Made by a program: the position numbers and the translations under genes | Part shown: positions 26,694 through 36,322 of the stretch, piece by piece | Numbering within the stretch: the stretch's first letter is position 1 | How the letters are laid out: each line of letters starts with the position of its first letter | Source of the DNA: Planctomycetota bacterium | GTDB lineage: Bacteria > Planctomycetota > Brocadiia > JAADGH01 | Length of the DNA stretch: 64,000 nucleotides | NCBI GenBank assembly: GCA_040755855.1 | Contig: JBFMAD010000007.1 | Coordinates: 120,731 to 184,730 of the forward strand | Reading direction: 5' to 3' | The notes under the pieces: model-generated | Seen by the model: the letters and a program-made list of their open reading frames with translations, nothing else | Database searches by the model: none | Told to the model about the DNA's origin: nothing

Positions 26694-28016
26694 ATGGCAG
26701 AGCGACGGTCAGAACTGAAACGCACAGGCGCGCGGCCCTGGTCGCCGCGTCCGCAGATTGCACCCACAACCCGCCGCGACGGCAAGGAGTGGGTCGTCGC
26801 CAGCAACGGCAGCGCCGGGTGCTACGGAGGGTGGGAGGTCCTCTACCCCGCGCCGAAAGTCGGCGAGTGGGCGCGGATGCAGGTGAAGGCGCGATGGTCC
26901 GGCCTCGAACGGGGCTACGACTGCGTCAACGTCGCCATCATGTGGCTCGATGAGAAGGAGAACATGGTCGGCTGGGAGCCGATCCTGTCGTTGACGTTCG
27001 ACGGCGCACACGTGATCTACGAGGGGCAGACGCCCGCCTGCAGCCGAGCGAAGACGCTGGCCGTGCGCCTGTTGATTGCCTGCTCGGCGACGGGGGAAAT
27101 CCGTTGGTGCGAGCCGACGGTCGAGCGCATCCCCACACCGAAGCCGCGGAAGCTCCGCCTCGGCGCGGCGGGCGCGTCGCTGCCGCCGGGGAAGAGGACC
27201 GTCAGGAAGAACACGCAGTTCTACCTCCAGCTCTGCCGCGAGGCGGCGCATCAGAAGATCGACCTGCTCTGCCTGCCGGAGATCATGCTCCAATGGGGCA
27301 TGAGGACCGACAACGAGACGCTGTCGAAGCTGGCTTTCAAGGTCCCCGGCAAGGAGATTGTTCCTTTCCAGGAGTTTGCCCGACAGAACAAGATGGCCCT
27401 GTGCTTCTCGGTGTTGGAGAAGAACAAGGAGCTGGTCCACAACATGGCTCTCCTCATCGACAAGCAGGGTGAGCTGGTTGGCGCATATCGCAAAGTCCAT
27501 CTCGCCCAGCCATTGGAAATTTGGTGGGGCGTGACGCCTGGGAATGATTTCCCGGTGTATGAGCTCGGCAAGGATTGCGCGAGTGCGAAGGTCGGCATGA
27601 ACATCTGCATGGACTCGTCGGCGCTGGAGTCGGTGCGTGTGCCCGCGCGCAAGGGGGCGGAGATCATCTGCCTGCCCATCATGGGCGACCACCGCGCCTC
27701 GACATGTTGGCACGGCGGCGTGCACGACTTCGACATTGACCGGTGGCAGATGATCCAGCGCGTCCGGGCTATGGACAGCCACGTGCACATGGTCATCTCG
27801 CGCAACAGCGGCTACGGGACGGGCGTCTTCTCCCCGCGCGGCGAGACGCTCGCCATCAGCGGGGGAAGGCGCGTCGTCTTCGCCGACGTCGATCTCTCCG
27901 ACCTCCCCCGCACGGGCCATGAATCTACCTTCAAGGGTGTGTGCTGGTATGAGCGTCGCGAGCCGACCTACGCCCCCCTCTCCGGCGGGCTGTTGCCGGA
28001 TCCCTTTGCAAAGTAA
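26694..28016 (+). CDS. Carbon-nitrogen hydrolase (nitrilase superfamily) with extra N-terminal domain
   Basis: E-K-C triad in LCLPEI, YRKVHL, NICMD; AAGGAG RBS before ATG 26694. Confidence 0.88.
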   Translation: MAERRSELKRTGARPWSPRPQIAPTTRRDGKEWVVASNGSAGCYGGWEVLYPAPKVGEWARMQVKARWSGLERGYDCVNVAIMWLDEKENMVGWEPILSLTFDGAHVIYEGQTPACSRAKTLAVRLLIACSATGEIRWCEPTVERIPTPKPRKLRLGAAGASLPPGKRTVRKNTQFYLQLCREAAHQKIDLLCLPEIMLQWGMRTDNETLSKLAFKVPGKEIVPFQEFARQNKMALCFSVLEKNKELVHNMALLIDKQGELVGAYRKVHLAQPLEIWWGVTPGNDFPVYELGKDCASAKVGMNICMDSSALESVRVPARKGAEIICLPIMGDHRASTCWHGGVHDFDIDRWQMIQRVRAMDSHVHMVISRNSGYGTGVFSPRGETLAISGGRRVVFADVDLSDLPRTGHESTFKGVCWYERREPTYAPLSGGLLPDPFAK

Positions 28017-28031
28017 GTGAAAGGAAGCATC

Positions 28032-30047
28032 GTGCCCAGGGACTTCGGCAAGGTCACGATCTATCGCGATGCGTACGGCGTGCCGCACATCTACGGCGAG
28101 ACGGAGGAGGCGGCGCTCTTCGGCCAGGGCTACGCCGCCGCCGAGGACCGACTGCACACAATCCTCAAGGGCTACCTGAAGGTCGAGGGCCGCACCGCCG
28201 AGGTCTTCGGGCCGGACTGGGTGGACCACGACTTGCGGGTCCGCATGTCGAAGCACATCGAGATCAGCCGCGAGATGTATCCGACCCTCAGCGATGCGGG
28301 CCGCGCAGCCGTCGAGGCGTTCCTCGCCGGGATCAAGCGATACATGGCGGAGCATCCTGATGAAGTTCCCGAGTGGACCCCCGAGTTGCACCCCTGGCAT
28401 GTGATCGGCATGTCGCGTTATGCGATCTGGAGCTGGCCGGTCCGCCAAGCCATGGCGAAGCTGGAGACATTGAAGAAGGAGATAGACACAGGGCGTGGAT
28501 CGAACTCGTGGGTCATCGGCCGGGAGCGCAGTGCGGAGGGCTGCCCCATCGGGCTGATTGACCCGCACGTGCCGTGGATGGACGAGTGGCTCTTTTTTGA
28601 GGTGCACCTGCACGGCGGCGACCTGAACGTCTTCGGCTTCAACGTCCCCGGCGCGCCGTACGTCGCCATCGGCCACAACGAGTTTGGGTATTGGACCTGC
28701 ACGACCGGCGGTCCCGACTGCTCGGACGTTTACATCGAGGAATTGAACCCGAACAACCCGCGGCAGTATATGTATGACGGCAAGTGGCGCGACTGCGAGA
28801 TCCAGCACATCGAGGTCAAGGTGAAAACTCATGCCGGGACCGAGACAATCGTCCGCGATGTGCCGTGGACGGGGCACGGGCCGATCGTCGCGGCGCATGG
28901 GAACCTTGGCGCGTCGGTGAAGCTATCGTATCTCCATGAGTGCCGGTTGCTCGAACAGTTCCGAGCCATGAACAAGGCGCGGGGCCTGGGCGAGTTCATC
29001 GCGGCCATGCGGATGCTCCAGCTCATGCCGCAGAACATTCTGTATGCCGACGTGCACGGGGATATGTATTACGTGCGCAACGGTCGCGTCCCGATCCGGC
29101 CGGAGGGATTCGAGTTCAGCGCGCCCGTGCCGGGGGCGATCTCGGCGACGGAGTGGCTGGGCATCCATGATTACGATGATCTGGTGCAAATCACGAACCC
29201 GCCGGCGGGGTTTATGCAGAACTGCAACGTCTCGCCCGGCGCGATGACCTTCGACAGCCCGGCGACGCCGGACAGGTACCCGTCCTATATCTACAACGCG
29301 GAGGCCGACGACACGAACTCGCGTGGCGACCGGTTCCTTTCGCTGATGAAGGAGAAGGACAAGATCACCCGCGAGGATGCTTTCGCAATTGCGAATGATA
29401 TCTATTTTCACAATGCCGAAGAATACAAAAAGGCCATCGTCGCTGCGTGCGCGACCAACGCGCAGTTGTCCCCTGAGACAGTCCAGGCTGCCGAGATCAT
29501 TCGCAACTGGGACGGCCGCGCGTCGGCGGAGAGTCCCGGCATGACTCTCATCCACTTTTGGTGCCGTGAAATGGCCAAACGCGATGAAGGGCTGCTGAGC
29601 AAGGTCCAGGCGGGAGAGAATCAGGCCGACGCGGTCCGCTGTCTGGAAGGTGCGGTTGCGTATTTGAGGGAGACGTTCGGTCGAATCGCCGTGCCGTGGG
29701 GGGATGTGTTCCAGATGAAGCGCGGCGACAAGACTTGGCCGCTATCGGGCGTCGCTGAAAAGGGGCTGGTGACGCTCCGCGCCGTGGGCGGGCGCGAGGA
29801 GGACGACACGGGCCTGCTGACCGCCTACCGCGGGCAGACGGCGGTGGCGGTTGTGTTTCTAAATAATCCCGTAACATCTTACAGCGTCGTGCCTTACGGC
29901 CAGAGCGATAAGCCCGATAGCCCCCACTTCGACGACCAGGCCGAGCAGCTATTCTCCAAGCTCCGCCTCAAGCCGACATGGTTCCAGAAGTCGGATTTGA
30001 TGAAGAACCTGGAGTCGGAACGGACACTCGAGACCCACATGCCTTAG
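28032..30047 (+). CDS. Penicillin/cephalosporin acylase family Ntn-hydrolase
   Basis: IYRDAYGVPHIYG, GYAAAEDRL, GSNSW (Ser nucleophile), DPHVPW, QNCN, YGQS..PDSPHFDDQA; start 28032 (after AAGGAAG) or 28017. Confidence 0.92.
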   Translation: MPRDFGKVTIYRDAYGVPHIYGETEEAALFGQGYAAAEDRLHTILKGYLKVEGRTAEVFGPDWVDHDLRVRMSKHIEISREMYPTLSDAGRAAVEAFLAGIKRYMAEHPDEVPEWTPELHPWHVIGMSRYAIWSWPVRQAMAKLETLKKEIDTGRGSNSWVIGRERSAEGCPIGLIDPHVPWMDEWLFFEVHLHGGDLNVFGFNVPGAPYVAIGHNEFGYWTCTTGGPDCSDVYIEELNPNNPRQYMYDGKWRDCEIQHIEVKVKTHAGTETIVRDVPWTGHGPIVAAHGNLGASVKLSYLHECRLLEQFRAMNKARGLGEFIAAMRMLQLMPQNILYADVHGDMYYVRNGRVPIRPEGFEFSAPVPGAISATEWLGIHDYDDLVQITNPPAGFMQNCNVSPGAMTFDSPATPDRYPSYIYNAEADDTNSRGDRFLSLMKEKDKITREDAFAIANDIYFHNAEEYKKAIVAACATNAQLSPETVQAAEIIRNWDGRASAESPGMTLIHFWCREMAKRDEGLLSKVQAGENQADAVRCLEGAVAYLRETFGRIAVPWGDVFQMKRGDKTWPLSGVAEKGLVTLRAVGGREEDDTGLLTAYRGQTAVAVVFLNNPVTSYSVVPYGQSDKPDSPHFDDQAEQLFSKLRLKPTWFQKSDLMKNLESERTLETHMP

Positions 30048-30088
30048 CTTCTTGAGCAGAATGAGCGGCGCGCTTTCACTTCACAGCC

Positions 30089-30117
30089 TTGCCAGCGCCA
30101 CACGTTCTTGGTACAAT
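30089..30117 (+). promoter_or_regulatory. Sigma70-type promoter with extended -10
   Basis: TTGCCA-17 nt-TACAAT with TGn. Confidence 0.55.
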
Positions 30118-30162
30118 GTTCTGCGCGTCCGGTTCGATGGACCAGAGTAGGGAAACGAGACT

Positions 30163-31155
30163 GTGGAACAGGAGCAAGCGAGGTTACGATCTACGGCAGT
30201 GATTCTCGCTGCCGCCGCTATCATGGTGGTCCTCGCCGTGGCTCTGATTTGCGTTCTTCTCTTGAAGGCCCAGGAGTCCTATCGTCACGCCGCCGCCTAC
30301 AGCCGAATCTCCGGGGAGGCCGATGAGACCCTCCGCGAGATGACATCCGACCTCGCCGGGGCGGGCAATGTGACTATCTCGTCGGACGGCATGACCATGA
30401 CCTTTCAGGTCCGCCTCGCGATGGACATGAGTCGGGTTCAGGAGTACATCGCCCACGGCAGCGCGCCTCCCGCGCCGACGGAGAAGGGATGGGAGCCCTT
30501 TGATGTGAACGGTGACAGCGCGATAAACGCGGACGATGTGGATACGAAAGACGGCAATGGGCATATTTTCTGGGGTGCGAAGGAAGCGGGGGGGGACGTG
30601 TGGGGCAATTTCATGTGCTACCAGTTCCAACCCATGGACAGCGATGCGAACAGCCGGCCGGATACGGATGCCTGTCTCGATGAGTCACGCCTTGGCATGG
30701 ACATCAACGGCGACGGCAGCATGGACGGCGTGTTTCTGCCGGGGACATTGGCGCGCTTCTCCACCACGGAGGGAGACCCGACAAAGGCCCCGGAGCGGTT
30801 CATGACCTCGATCCAAACCGCTCTGATCGGGACCCCGACGTGGGTGATTGTGCGATGGGACAAAGGACGGAACCGGATCGCCCAGCCCGCCGGGCAGGAC
30901 CTGAACGGCGACGGCGCGGCGGACGGCCCCATCTTCCGCGAGATGGTCTGGTGGCGCAGCAAACCGCTTAACCATCCCCTGCGAAAACCACCGGACGGCG
31001 CACAGGGGTTGTGGGATGTCTGGCGCAATCATCCTCTCCCCGAATACCGCCACGGCTCCGTCTTGAAAGTGGACCTGTGGCTGCTGAGGATTACGATTGA
31101 TCGGCGACACTTCCTGGCGCATGTGAGCAAGGACATCCGGCTGCGGAAGGACTGA
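30163..31155 (+). CDS. Membrane-anchored hypothetical protein, pilin/pseudopilin-like helix with three DxNGDG-type motifs
   Basis: Single N-terminal hydrophobic helix then amphipathic helix (ADETLREMTSDLAGA); DVNGDS, DINGDG, DLNGDG. Confidence 0.55.
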   Translation: MEQEQARLRSTAVILAAAAIMVVLAVALICVLLLKAQESYRHAAAYSRISGEADETLREMTSDLAGAGNVTISSDGMTMTFQVRLAMDMSRVQEYIAHGSAPPAPTEKGWEPFDVNGDSAINADDVDTKDGNGHIFWGAKEAGGDVWGNFMCYQFQPMDSDANSRPDTDACLDESRLGMDINGDGSMDGVFLPGTLARFSTTEGDPTKAPERFMTSIQTALIGTPTWVIVRWDKGRNRIAQPAGQDLNGDGAADGPIFREMVWWRSKPLNHPLRKPPDGAQGLWDVWRNHPLPEYRHGSVLKVDLWLLRITIDRRHFLAHVSKDIRLRKD

Positions 31156-31198
31156 CAGCCCCCAGCGCCGTCGAGGATCGGACGCGAAAGACCCTACG

Positions 31199-32848
31199 AT
31201 GAAATACCTGTTCCTTATATGCGGCATGGCGCTGCTCTTTGCCGGAATGGCTGTCCATCTGACGGCCCCCGACGTTCAGAACGAGGTGCCGGTCATCTAC
31301 TGGGTCATTGATCCCGCCCCGGCGCGCGGCGAGCAGATCGCCCTCTTTCATCGCTGGCTGATGAAAAACGGCCACGGCGAGGAGCACTCGCTGCGTACGA
31401 TGGATGAATTGAACGCATTCCGTCGGCGCAACTGGTCGCCCGCCCTGATTGAGGCCATCGAGAAAGGCAACGCCGACGGGCCGAAGGTTTGGTCGTCGGC
31501 CGCTTCGGGGAAGGACCTGCCGATCACCGTGCGCGTACCCGCCGTGGAGATGCGCCTCGACGCCGCGAGCAACGACCTGAACAAGAAGCTCGTCCAGGGA
31601 GTCTCCGGCGTCGCCGGGGATGTGATCGAGGCCTACAGCGGCGGGAAGCAGATGCAGTACCTCGCGGCGGCGGGCATGCTGGCCGATGTGACCGAGAGCG
31701 CGAAGCGCTGGGGCTTCGGACCGGACAAGACGTATAAGGCCCTGGCCCCCGCGCTCTTCGTGGATGATCGGCAGTACGCCTTCCCGCGCAATCCCGCGCA
31801 GGTGATGTACTGGGTGAACAAGGAGACCTTCCAGAAGTACGGCCAGCCGCTGCCGCCGTCGCGATGGACGATCGAGGAATTTGAGCGCCGCGGCAGGGCG
31901 TTCGTCGAGGCGGCCAACCCGCCGGGCGAGCGGCGCATGGCCTTCTTCGCCGACCGGGCATGCAAGATGGAGCTCCGGCGCAGCATGGGGCTGTCCATAT
32001 TCAACGAGACGCTCTCGCGCTGCACGCTCGACGATCCCCGCAATGCGCGGGTGATGGAACTCATCTACAAGTGGACCTACACCGATCACATCCTCCCCAG
32101 CGCCGCCGACAGGGCCAGCTTCGAAACCGAAGGCGGCTGGGGAGGCCCCTCCTTCCAGTTGTTCAAGAGTGGGAGGTATGCCCTCTTCGGCAGCGGGCGG
32201 TGGGCGCTGATGCTCTTCCGAAAATTCGGCGCCATGCAGTTAGCCGTGGTCGAGCCGCCGCACGCAGGGCTGCCGAACACTGTCCTGAGCGGGGGGCAGT
32301 CCACGGTCTTCCGCGCCTCGCGTCATCGCAAGTATGCGGAGCTGTTCCTCGCCTTCATGGCCGGCGAGGACTACAACATGCAGATCGTCCGCGACGGCGA
32401 CGGTCTGCCGCCGAACCCGAAGTTCACGGACAACGAGCTCTTCCGCCGCCCGCCGGATCATCCCAACGAGTGGGGCTGCCACGAGGTATGGGCGAACGCG
32501 GCGCGCGACATCGCCATCGTCCAGAGCTTTAGCCCCTTCGTCCTGCCCGTCACGGTGGAGCGGTACGACAATATGGCCGAGGACGAGGTCATGAACGACC
32601 GTGCCACGGCGCAGGAGGCGGCGAATCGCTGCGCGGAGCGAATCAATGATGAAATCCAGCGTACGCTCAAAGAAAGCCCATTGCTTCGAGGAAGATATGA
32701 GGAACTTGTAGCGCTTCAGGAAAAGATAGATCAGTGCCGCCGCGACGGGAAGAAAGTACCGATGGACTGGATCAAGAATCCCTTCTATCGGACGTACTAC
32801 CTGAAGAAGGGTTGGGCTGAGACCGGCGCCGTGAGCGAGGACCATTGA
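31199..32848 (+). CDS. Carbohydrate ABC transporter substrate-binding protein
   Basis: N-terminal anchor; RQYAFP, YWVNKETFQKYG, WTIEEF, FKSGRYAL; adjacent to two CUT1 permeases. Confidence 0.85.
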   Translation: MKYLFLICGMALLFAGMAVHLTAPDVQNEVPVIYWVIDPAPARGEQIALFHRWLMKNGHGEEHSLRTMDELNAFRRRNWSPALIEAIEKGNADGPKVWSSAASGKDLPITVRVPAVEMRLDAASNDLNKKLVQGVSGVAGDVIEAYSGGKQMQYLAAAGMLADVTESAKRWGFGPDKTYKALAPALFVDDRQYAFPRNPAQVMYWVNKETFQKYGQPLPPSRWTIEEFERRGRAFVEAANPPGERRMAFFADRACKMELRRSMGLSIFNETLSRCTLDDPRNARVMELIYKWTYTDHILPSAADRASFETEGGWGGPSFQLFKSGRYALFGSGRWALMLFRKFGAMQLAVVEPPHAGLPNTVLSGGQSTVFRASRHRKYAELFLAFMAGEDYNMQIVRDGDGLPPNPKFTDNELFRRPPDHPNEWGCHEVWANAARDIAIVQSFSPFVLPVTVERYDNMAEDEVMNDRATAQEAANRCAERINDEIQRTLKESPLLRGRYEELVALQEKIDQCRRDGKKVPMDWIKNPFYRTYYLKKGWAETGAVSEDH

Positions 32849-32850
32849 AC

Positions 32851-34332
32851 ATGGGATGGGCTCGTAAAGAAACGCGGAGTCTTGCGACCGGCCTGGCCTT
32901 CATCATGCCGAATATCCTCGGCTTCCTCGTCTTCACGCTCTTCCCGCTGGTGTTCAGCCTCGTCATGGCGTTCACGAATTGGGACATCCGCCTGCACAAC
33001 ATGTTCAAGGACGATCCGGTCCGCTTTGTTGGATTTGAAAACTTCGTCCGCCTCCTGACCGAACGGGACTTCTTCAAGTATCTGGGCAACACGCTTTTCT
33101 TCATGATTGGCATCCCCTTCGGCGTGGCGGGCAGCCTCGTCGCGGCGATCCTCCTCAGCCAGGACCTCCGCGGCGGCCACGGCCAGGTCTGGGCGCGGGT
33201 CATTGCCTGCGTTGGGCTGATCGTCGGCCTGGGCATTCTGGTCGTGATGGGGAGTGCGACGACGGCCATGACCATCCTCCTCTGCGGCGTGGCGTCGCTT
33301 ATCCTCGTCACGGGCGCGCTCGGCGGCCGAACGGTCTATCGCACGTTGTTCTACTTCCCACACTTCACCGCCGGCGTGGCGACGTTCCTACTCTGGAAGA
33401 AGCTCTACAACCCACTCACCGGCCCGATCAACAACGGCCTCCAGCCGGTCCTCTCGTGGGTGGGCGGCGCGGTGAACGCCGCGCCGACGGGTCTGGCGCA
33501 GGGCGGGACCTGGCTGTGTGCTGCGCTGATGGCGGTGTGCATCCTATTCGGCCTCAAACACTTACGCATCTCGTGGCGCGACGGCGAGATGGGCTGGGTC
33601 GGCGTCGTCCTCGGCGGGATCATGCTCTGCGCGCCCGCCGCCGTCATGCCGTGGTGGGCTTCGAACCCAACCGCATCCTGGCCTGTAGCGGTCGTTGGCG
33701 CGTTTGCTACGCTCGCGGTGATTTACACTTTTGCGAAAATACGGGACTACGCGTGCCTCGCAGACGAGGGCCTCGGACGCGCCCTCATCCTCTGCGGCAT
33801 CCTCATGGTTGCGCAGTTCGCGCTGCAGGGCCTGGGCAATGTGCTGCATCATCTGCCCGCGATGAGCCGGAAGGGACTCTCCCCGCCCGAGTGGCTCACG
33901 CAATACCACTGGGCCAAGCCATCACTGATGATCATGGGCCTCTGGGCGGCGGTCGGGTCGAACAACATGCTCCTCTACCTCGCGGGGCTCTCGAACATCC
34001 CTACGGAGCTTTACGAGGCAGCGGACATTGACGGGGCGTCGCGCCTGCAGCGGTTCTGGCATGTGACCTGGCCGCAGCTTGCGCCCGTCACGTTCTTCAT
34101 CTTTGTCATGTCGGTCATTGGGGGGTTGCAGGGCGGGTTCGAGATGGCCCGAACCATGACGCAGGGCGGGCCGGCTGGCGCGACGACGACCCTGAGCTAC
34201 TACGTCTATACCGAAGGCTTCGAGACCGGCCGCCTGGGCTATGCCTCCGCCGTGGCGTGGGCGCTCTTTGCGCTGGTTTTTGCAGTGACGGTGTTCAACT
34301 GGAAATTCGGCAACCGATATGTCAACGAGTAG
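32851..34332 (+). CDS. Carbohydrate ABC transporter permease (MalF-like) with extra TM insertions
   Basis: FVGFENF, YRTLFYFP, ELYEAADIDGASRLQRFWHVTWP (EAA loop), GYASAVAW. Confidence 0.92.
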   Translation: MGWARKETRSLATGLAFIMPNILGFLVFTLFPLVFSLVMAFTNWDIRLHNMFKDDPVRFVGFENFVRLLTERDFFKYLGNTLFFMIGIPFGVAGSLVAAILLSQDLRGGHGQVWARVIACVGLIVGLGILVVMGSATTAMTILLCGVASLILVTGALGGRTVYRTLFYFPHFTAGVATFLLWKKLYNPLTGPINNGLQPVLSWVGGAVNAAPTGLAQGGTWLCAALMAVCILFGLKHLRISWRDGEMGWVGVVLGGIMLCAPAAVMPWWASNPTASWPVAVVGAFATLAVIYTFAKIRDYACLADEGLGRALILCGILMVAQFALQGLGNVLHHLPAMSRKGLSPPEWLTQYHWAKPSLMIMGLWAAVGSNNMLLYLAGLSNIPTELYEAADIDGASRLQRFWHVTWPQLAPVTFFIFVMSVIGGLQGGFEMARTMTQGGPAGATTTLSYYVYTEGFETGRLGYASAVAWALFALVFAVTVFNWKFGNRYVNE

Positions 34333-35188
34333 CACAACAGAGCGGCGGACATCCCGCGCGGCGATCTGGAAACGCGTCGGCAAGACCACGCTCCTCCATC
34401 TCGTCCTCGGCGCGCTGAGCCTGACCCTCGTCCTGCCCTTCGTATGGATGGTCCTCACCAGCCTCAAGACGCTGGCCGAGTGCGGCCTCGAAAGCTGGCT
34501 GCCCGAGAAGTGCAAGTGGGGCAACTACCCCGACGTGTTCAGGGTCGAGAACATCCAGTTCGGCCGATGGTACATCAACAGCATCTTCGTCGCCGCGTGC
34601 GTCACGTTCCTCCAGGTCTTCACCAGTTCCCTTGCGGCGTTCAGCTTCTCGCGCCTCCAGTGGAAGGGGCGGGACAAGGTGTTTATCCTCTACCTCGGCA
34701 CGATGATGCTGCCGGGGCTCATCATGATGATCCCCAACTATCAGATTATGATCAGGCTCGGCCTAGTGGACAGCTACCTCGGCCTAATCATTCCTGCGGC
34801 CTTCAGCGCCTTCGGGACGTTTCTCCTGCGGCAGTTCATGCTGACGATTCCCACGTCCCTCGACGAGGCCGCCGAGATTGACGGCGCGAGCAAGTGGCAG
34901 TTGTTCTGGGATGTCATCCTTCCCCTCTCGCGGCCGGGATTGATCACGCTGACCATCTTCACCTTCATCGGCAACTACCACAGCTTCTTCTGGCCGCTGG
35001 TCATGCTCAAGAGCACGCACCGCTATACGCTGCCCATCGGCCTGCTCTTCTTCGACTCCAGCCAGGGCCAGCAGACGAATCTCCTCATGGCCGCCATCAC
35101 CATGTCCGTCGTGCCGATGATCATCATCTTCATCGTGCTCCAGAAGCAACTGGTTAAGGGAATCCAGTTGGGTGCGGTCAAAGGATGA
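34319..35188 (+). CDS. Carbohydrate ABC transporter permease (MalG-like)
   Basis: PFVWMVLTSLK, FLLRQFMLTIPTSLDEAAEIDGAS, GAVKG C-terminus. Confidence 0.95.
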   Translation: MSTSSTTERRTSRAAIWKRVGKTTLLHLVLGALSLTLVLPFVWMVLTSLKTLAECGLESWLPEKCKWGNYPDVFRVENIQFGRWYINSIFVAACVTFLQVFTSSLAAFSFSRLQWKGRDKVFILYLGTMMLPGLIMMIPNYQIMIRLGLVDSYLGLIIPAAFSAFGTFLLRQFMLTIPTSLDEAAEIDGASKWQLFWDVILPLSRPGLITLTIFTFIGNYHSFFWPLVMLKSTHRYTLPIGLLFFDSSQGQQTNLLMAAITMSVVPMIIIFIVLQKQLVKGIQLGAVKG

Positions 35189-35250
35189 GGTTATGGGTTA
35201 CAGGTTATAGGGTTCCGGTCTCGCCAGCCCATAACCCATAACCTATAACC
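35189..35250. repeat. Inverted pair of 7-bp tandem arrays
   Basis: GGTTATG GGTTACA GGTTATA ... CATAACC CATAACC TATAACC, starting right after the permease stop. Confidence 0.85.
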
Positions 35251-35340
35251 ACCTCCTCTCTCTCCATCCTTGTTTCCTTCACTGAGGCAACGTGGTAGAA
35301 TGTCCTCCATGTTGATGTTCTGCCGATGAGGAGTTGAACG

Positions 35341-36213
35341 ATGGTCACATGCCCCGGCATCCCCGTCGCCTACCCCGATCCCGATGTGCCCGTTGCGGCC
35401 AACCGCTCTCTGCCGGGAAGGCCGACCAAACGCCACCGGCACACCGACGCCGACTGGGAGATCGGCTATGTGGACAAGGGAGAAGCCGACTACCATGTGG
35501 CCGGGCGACCGTTCCGCCTTGCCGCCGGCGACGTCGTGATTATTCGCCCCGACGACTGCCACGAATGTCTCGCATGGAGCGGCGAACGCCGCACCGTTAT
35601 GTTCCGCGAGACGCTTCTCGATGCCATGCCGATTCCCGTGCGTTGCAGCAGAAAGGCCATCTCGGTGGGGGGCGTGCAGTTCCCCGCCACGTTCTCGGTG
35701 GCGCGATCACAGCGGCCGGCGATGGTCTATGTCTTTGATCGCATTCATCAGGAGATCTTCGCCAAGGACGACACGAAGCTCGCCATGTGCACGGCCCTCC
35801 TCGCGCAGTTGCTCCTGGAGCTGGCGCGCAGTGCGAAGGCGGCGGGCGAGCACGAGCCGGAGGCCGTCAGTCCGGTTGCTCGCAAAACCGTCGAGCGACT
35901 GTGCGATGAGGTCCGCGGGTCGCTGGACGAGCTGTGGACGCTCGATGAGCTGGTCCGACGGAGCGGTTACAGCGCGACGCAACTGACCGTCCTCTTCAAC
36001 CAGGTCACCGGCATGAGCCCGTGCCACTGGCTCTCGCAGGAGCGCGTGCAGCGGGCCTGCGAGCTCCTGACGCAGACCGAGATGAACGCCGCGCAGGTCG
36101 CCTGTGAGGTCGGGTTCGGCAGCCGGTCGCAGTTCCATCGCGCCTTCCGGGAGTCTGTCGGGACGACCCCGATCCGCTATCAGTCCATTGTGCGGCACGA
36201 AGAAAAACCGTAA
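35341..36213 (+). CDS. AraC family transcriptional regulator (cupin sensor)
   Basis: HRHTDADWE cupin; WTLDEL...; VACEVGFGSRSQFHRAFRESVGTTP; GAGGAG RBS. Confidence 0.92.
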   Translation: MVTCPGIPVAYPDPDVPVAANRSLPGRPTKRHRHTDADWEIGYVDKGEADYHVAGRPFRLAAGDVVIIRPDDCHECLAWSGERRTVMFRETLLDAMPIPVRCSRKAISVGGVQFPATFSVARSQRPAMVYVFDRIHQEIFAKDDTKLAMCTALLAQLLLELARSAKAAGEHEPEAVSPVARKTVERLCDEVRGSLDELWTLDELVRRSGYSATQLTVLFNQVTGMSPCHWLSQERVQRACELLTQTEMNAAQVACEVGFGSRSQFHRAFRESVGTTPIRYQSIVRHEEKP

Positions 36214-36230
36214 GATATGCGACACGGAGC

Positions 36231-36256
36231 GTAGGGGCCGCGACACCTTCCGGCCC
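36231..36256 (+). repeat. GTAG-type REP-like hairpin
   Basis: GTAG-GGGCCG-cgacaccttc-CGGCCC. Confidence 0.5.
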
Positions 36257-36322
36257 GGCATAGGGTATAATTGCACCCAATGTCTGGGACTTCAAAACTC
36301 GAAGGTGTTTAAAGGAGCAATA

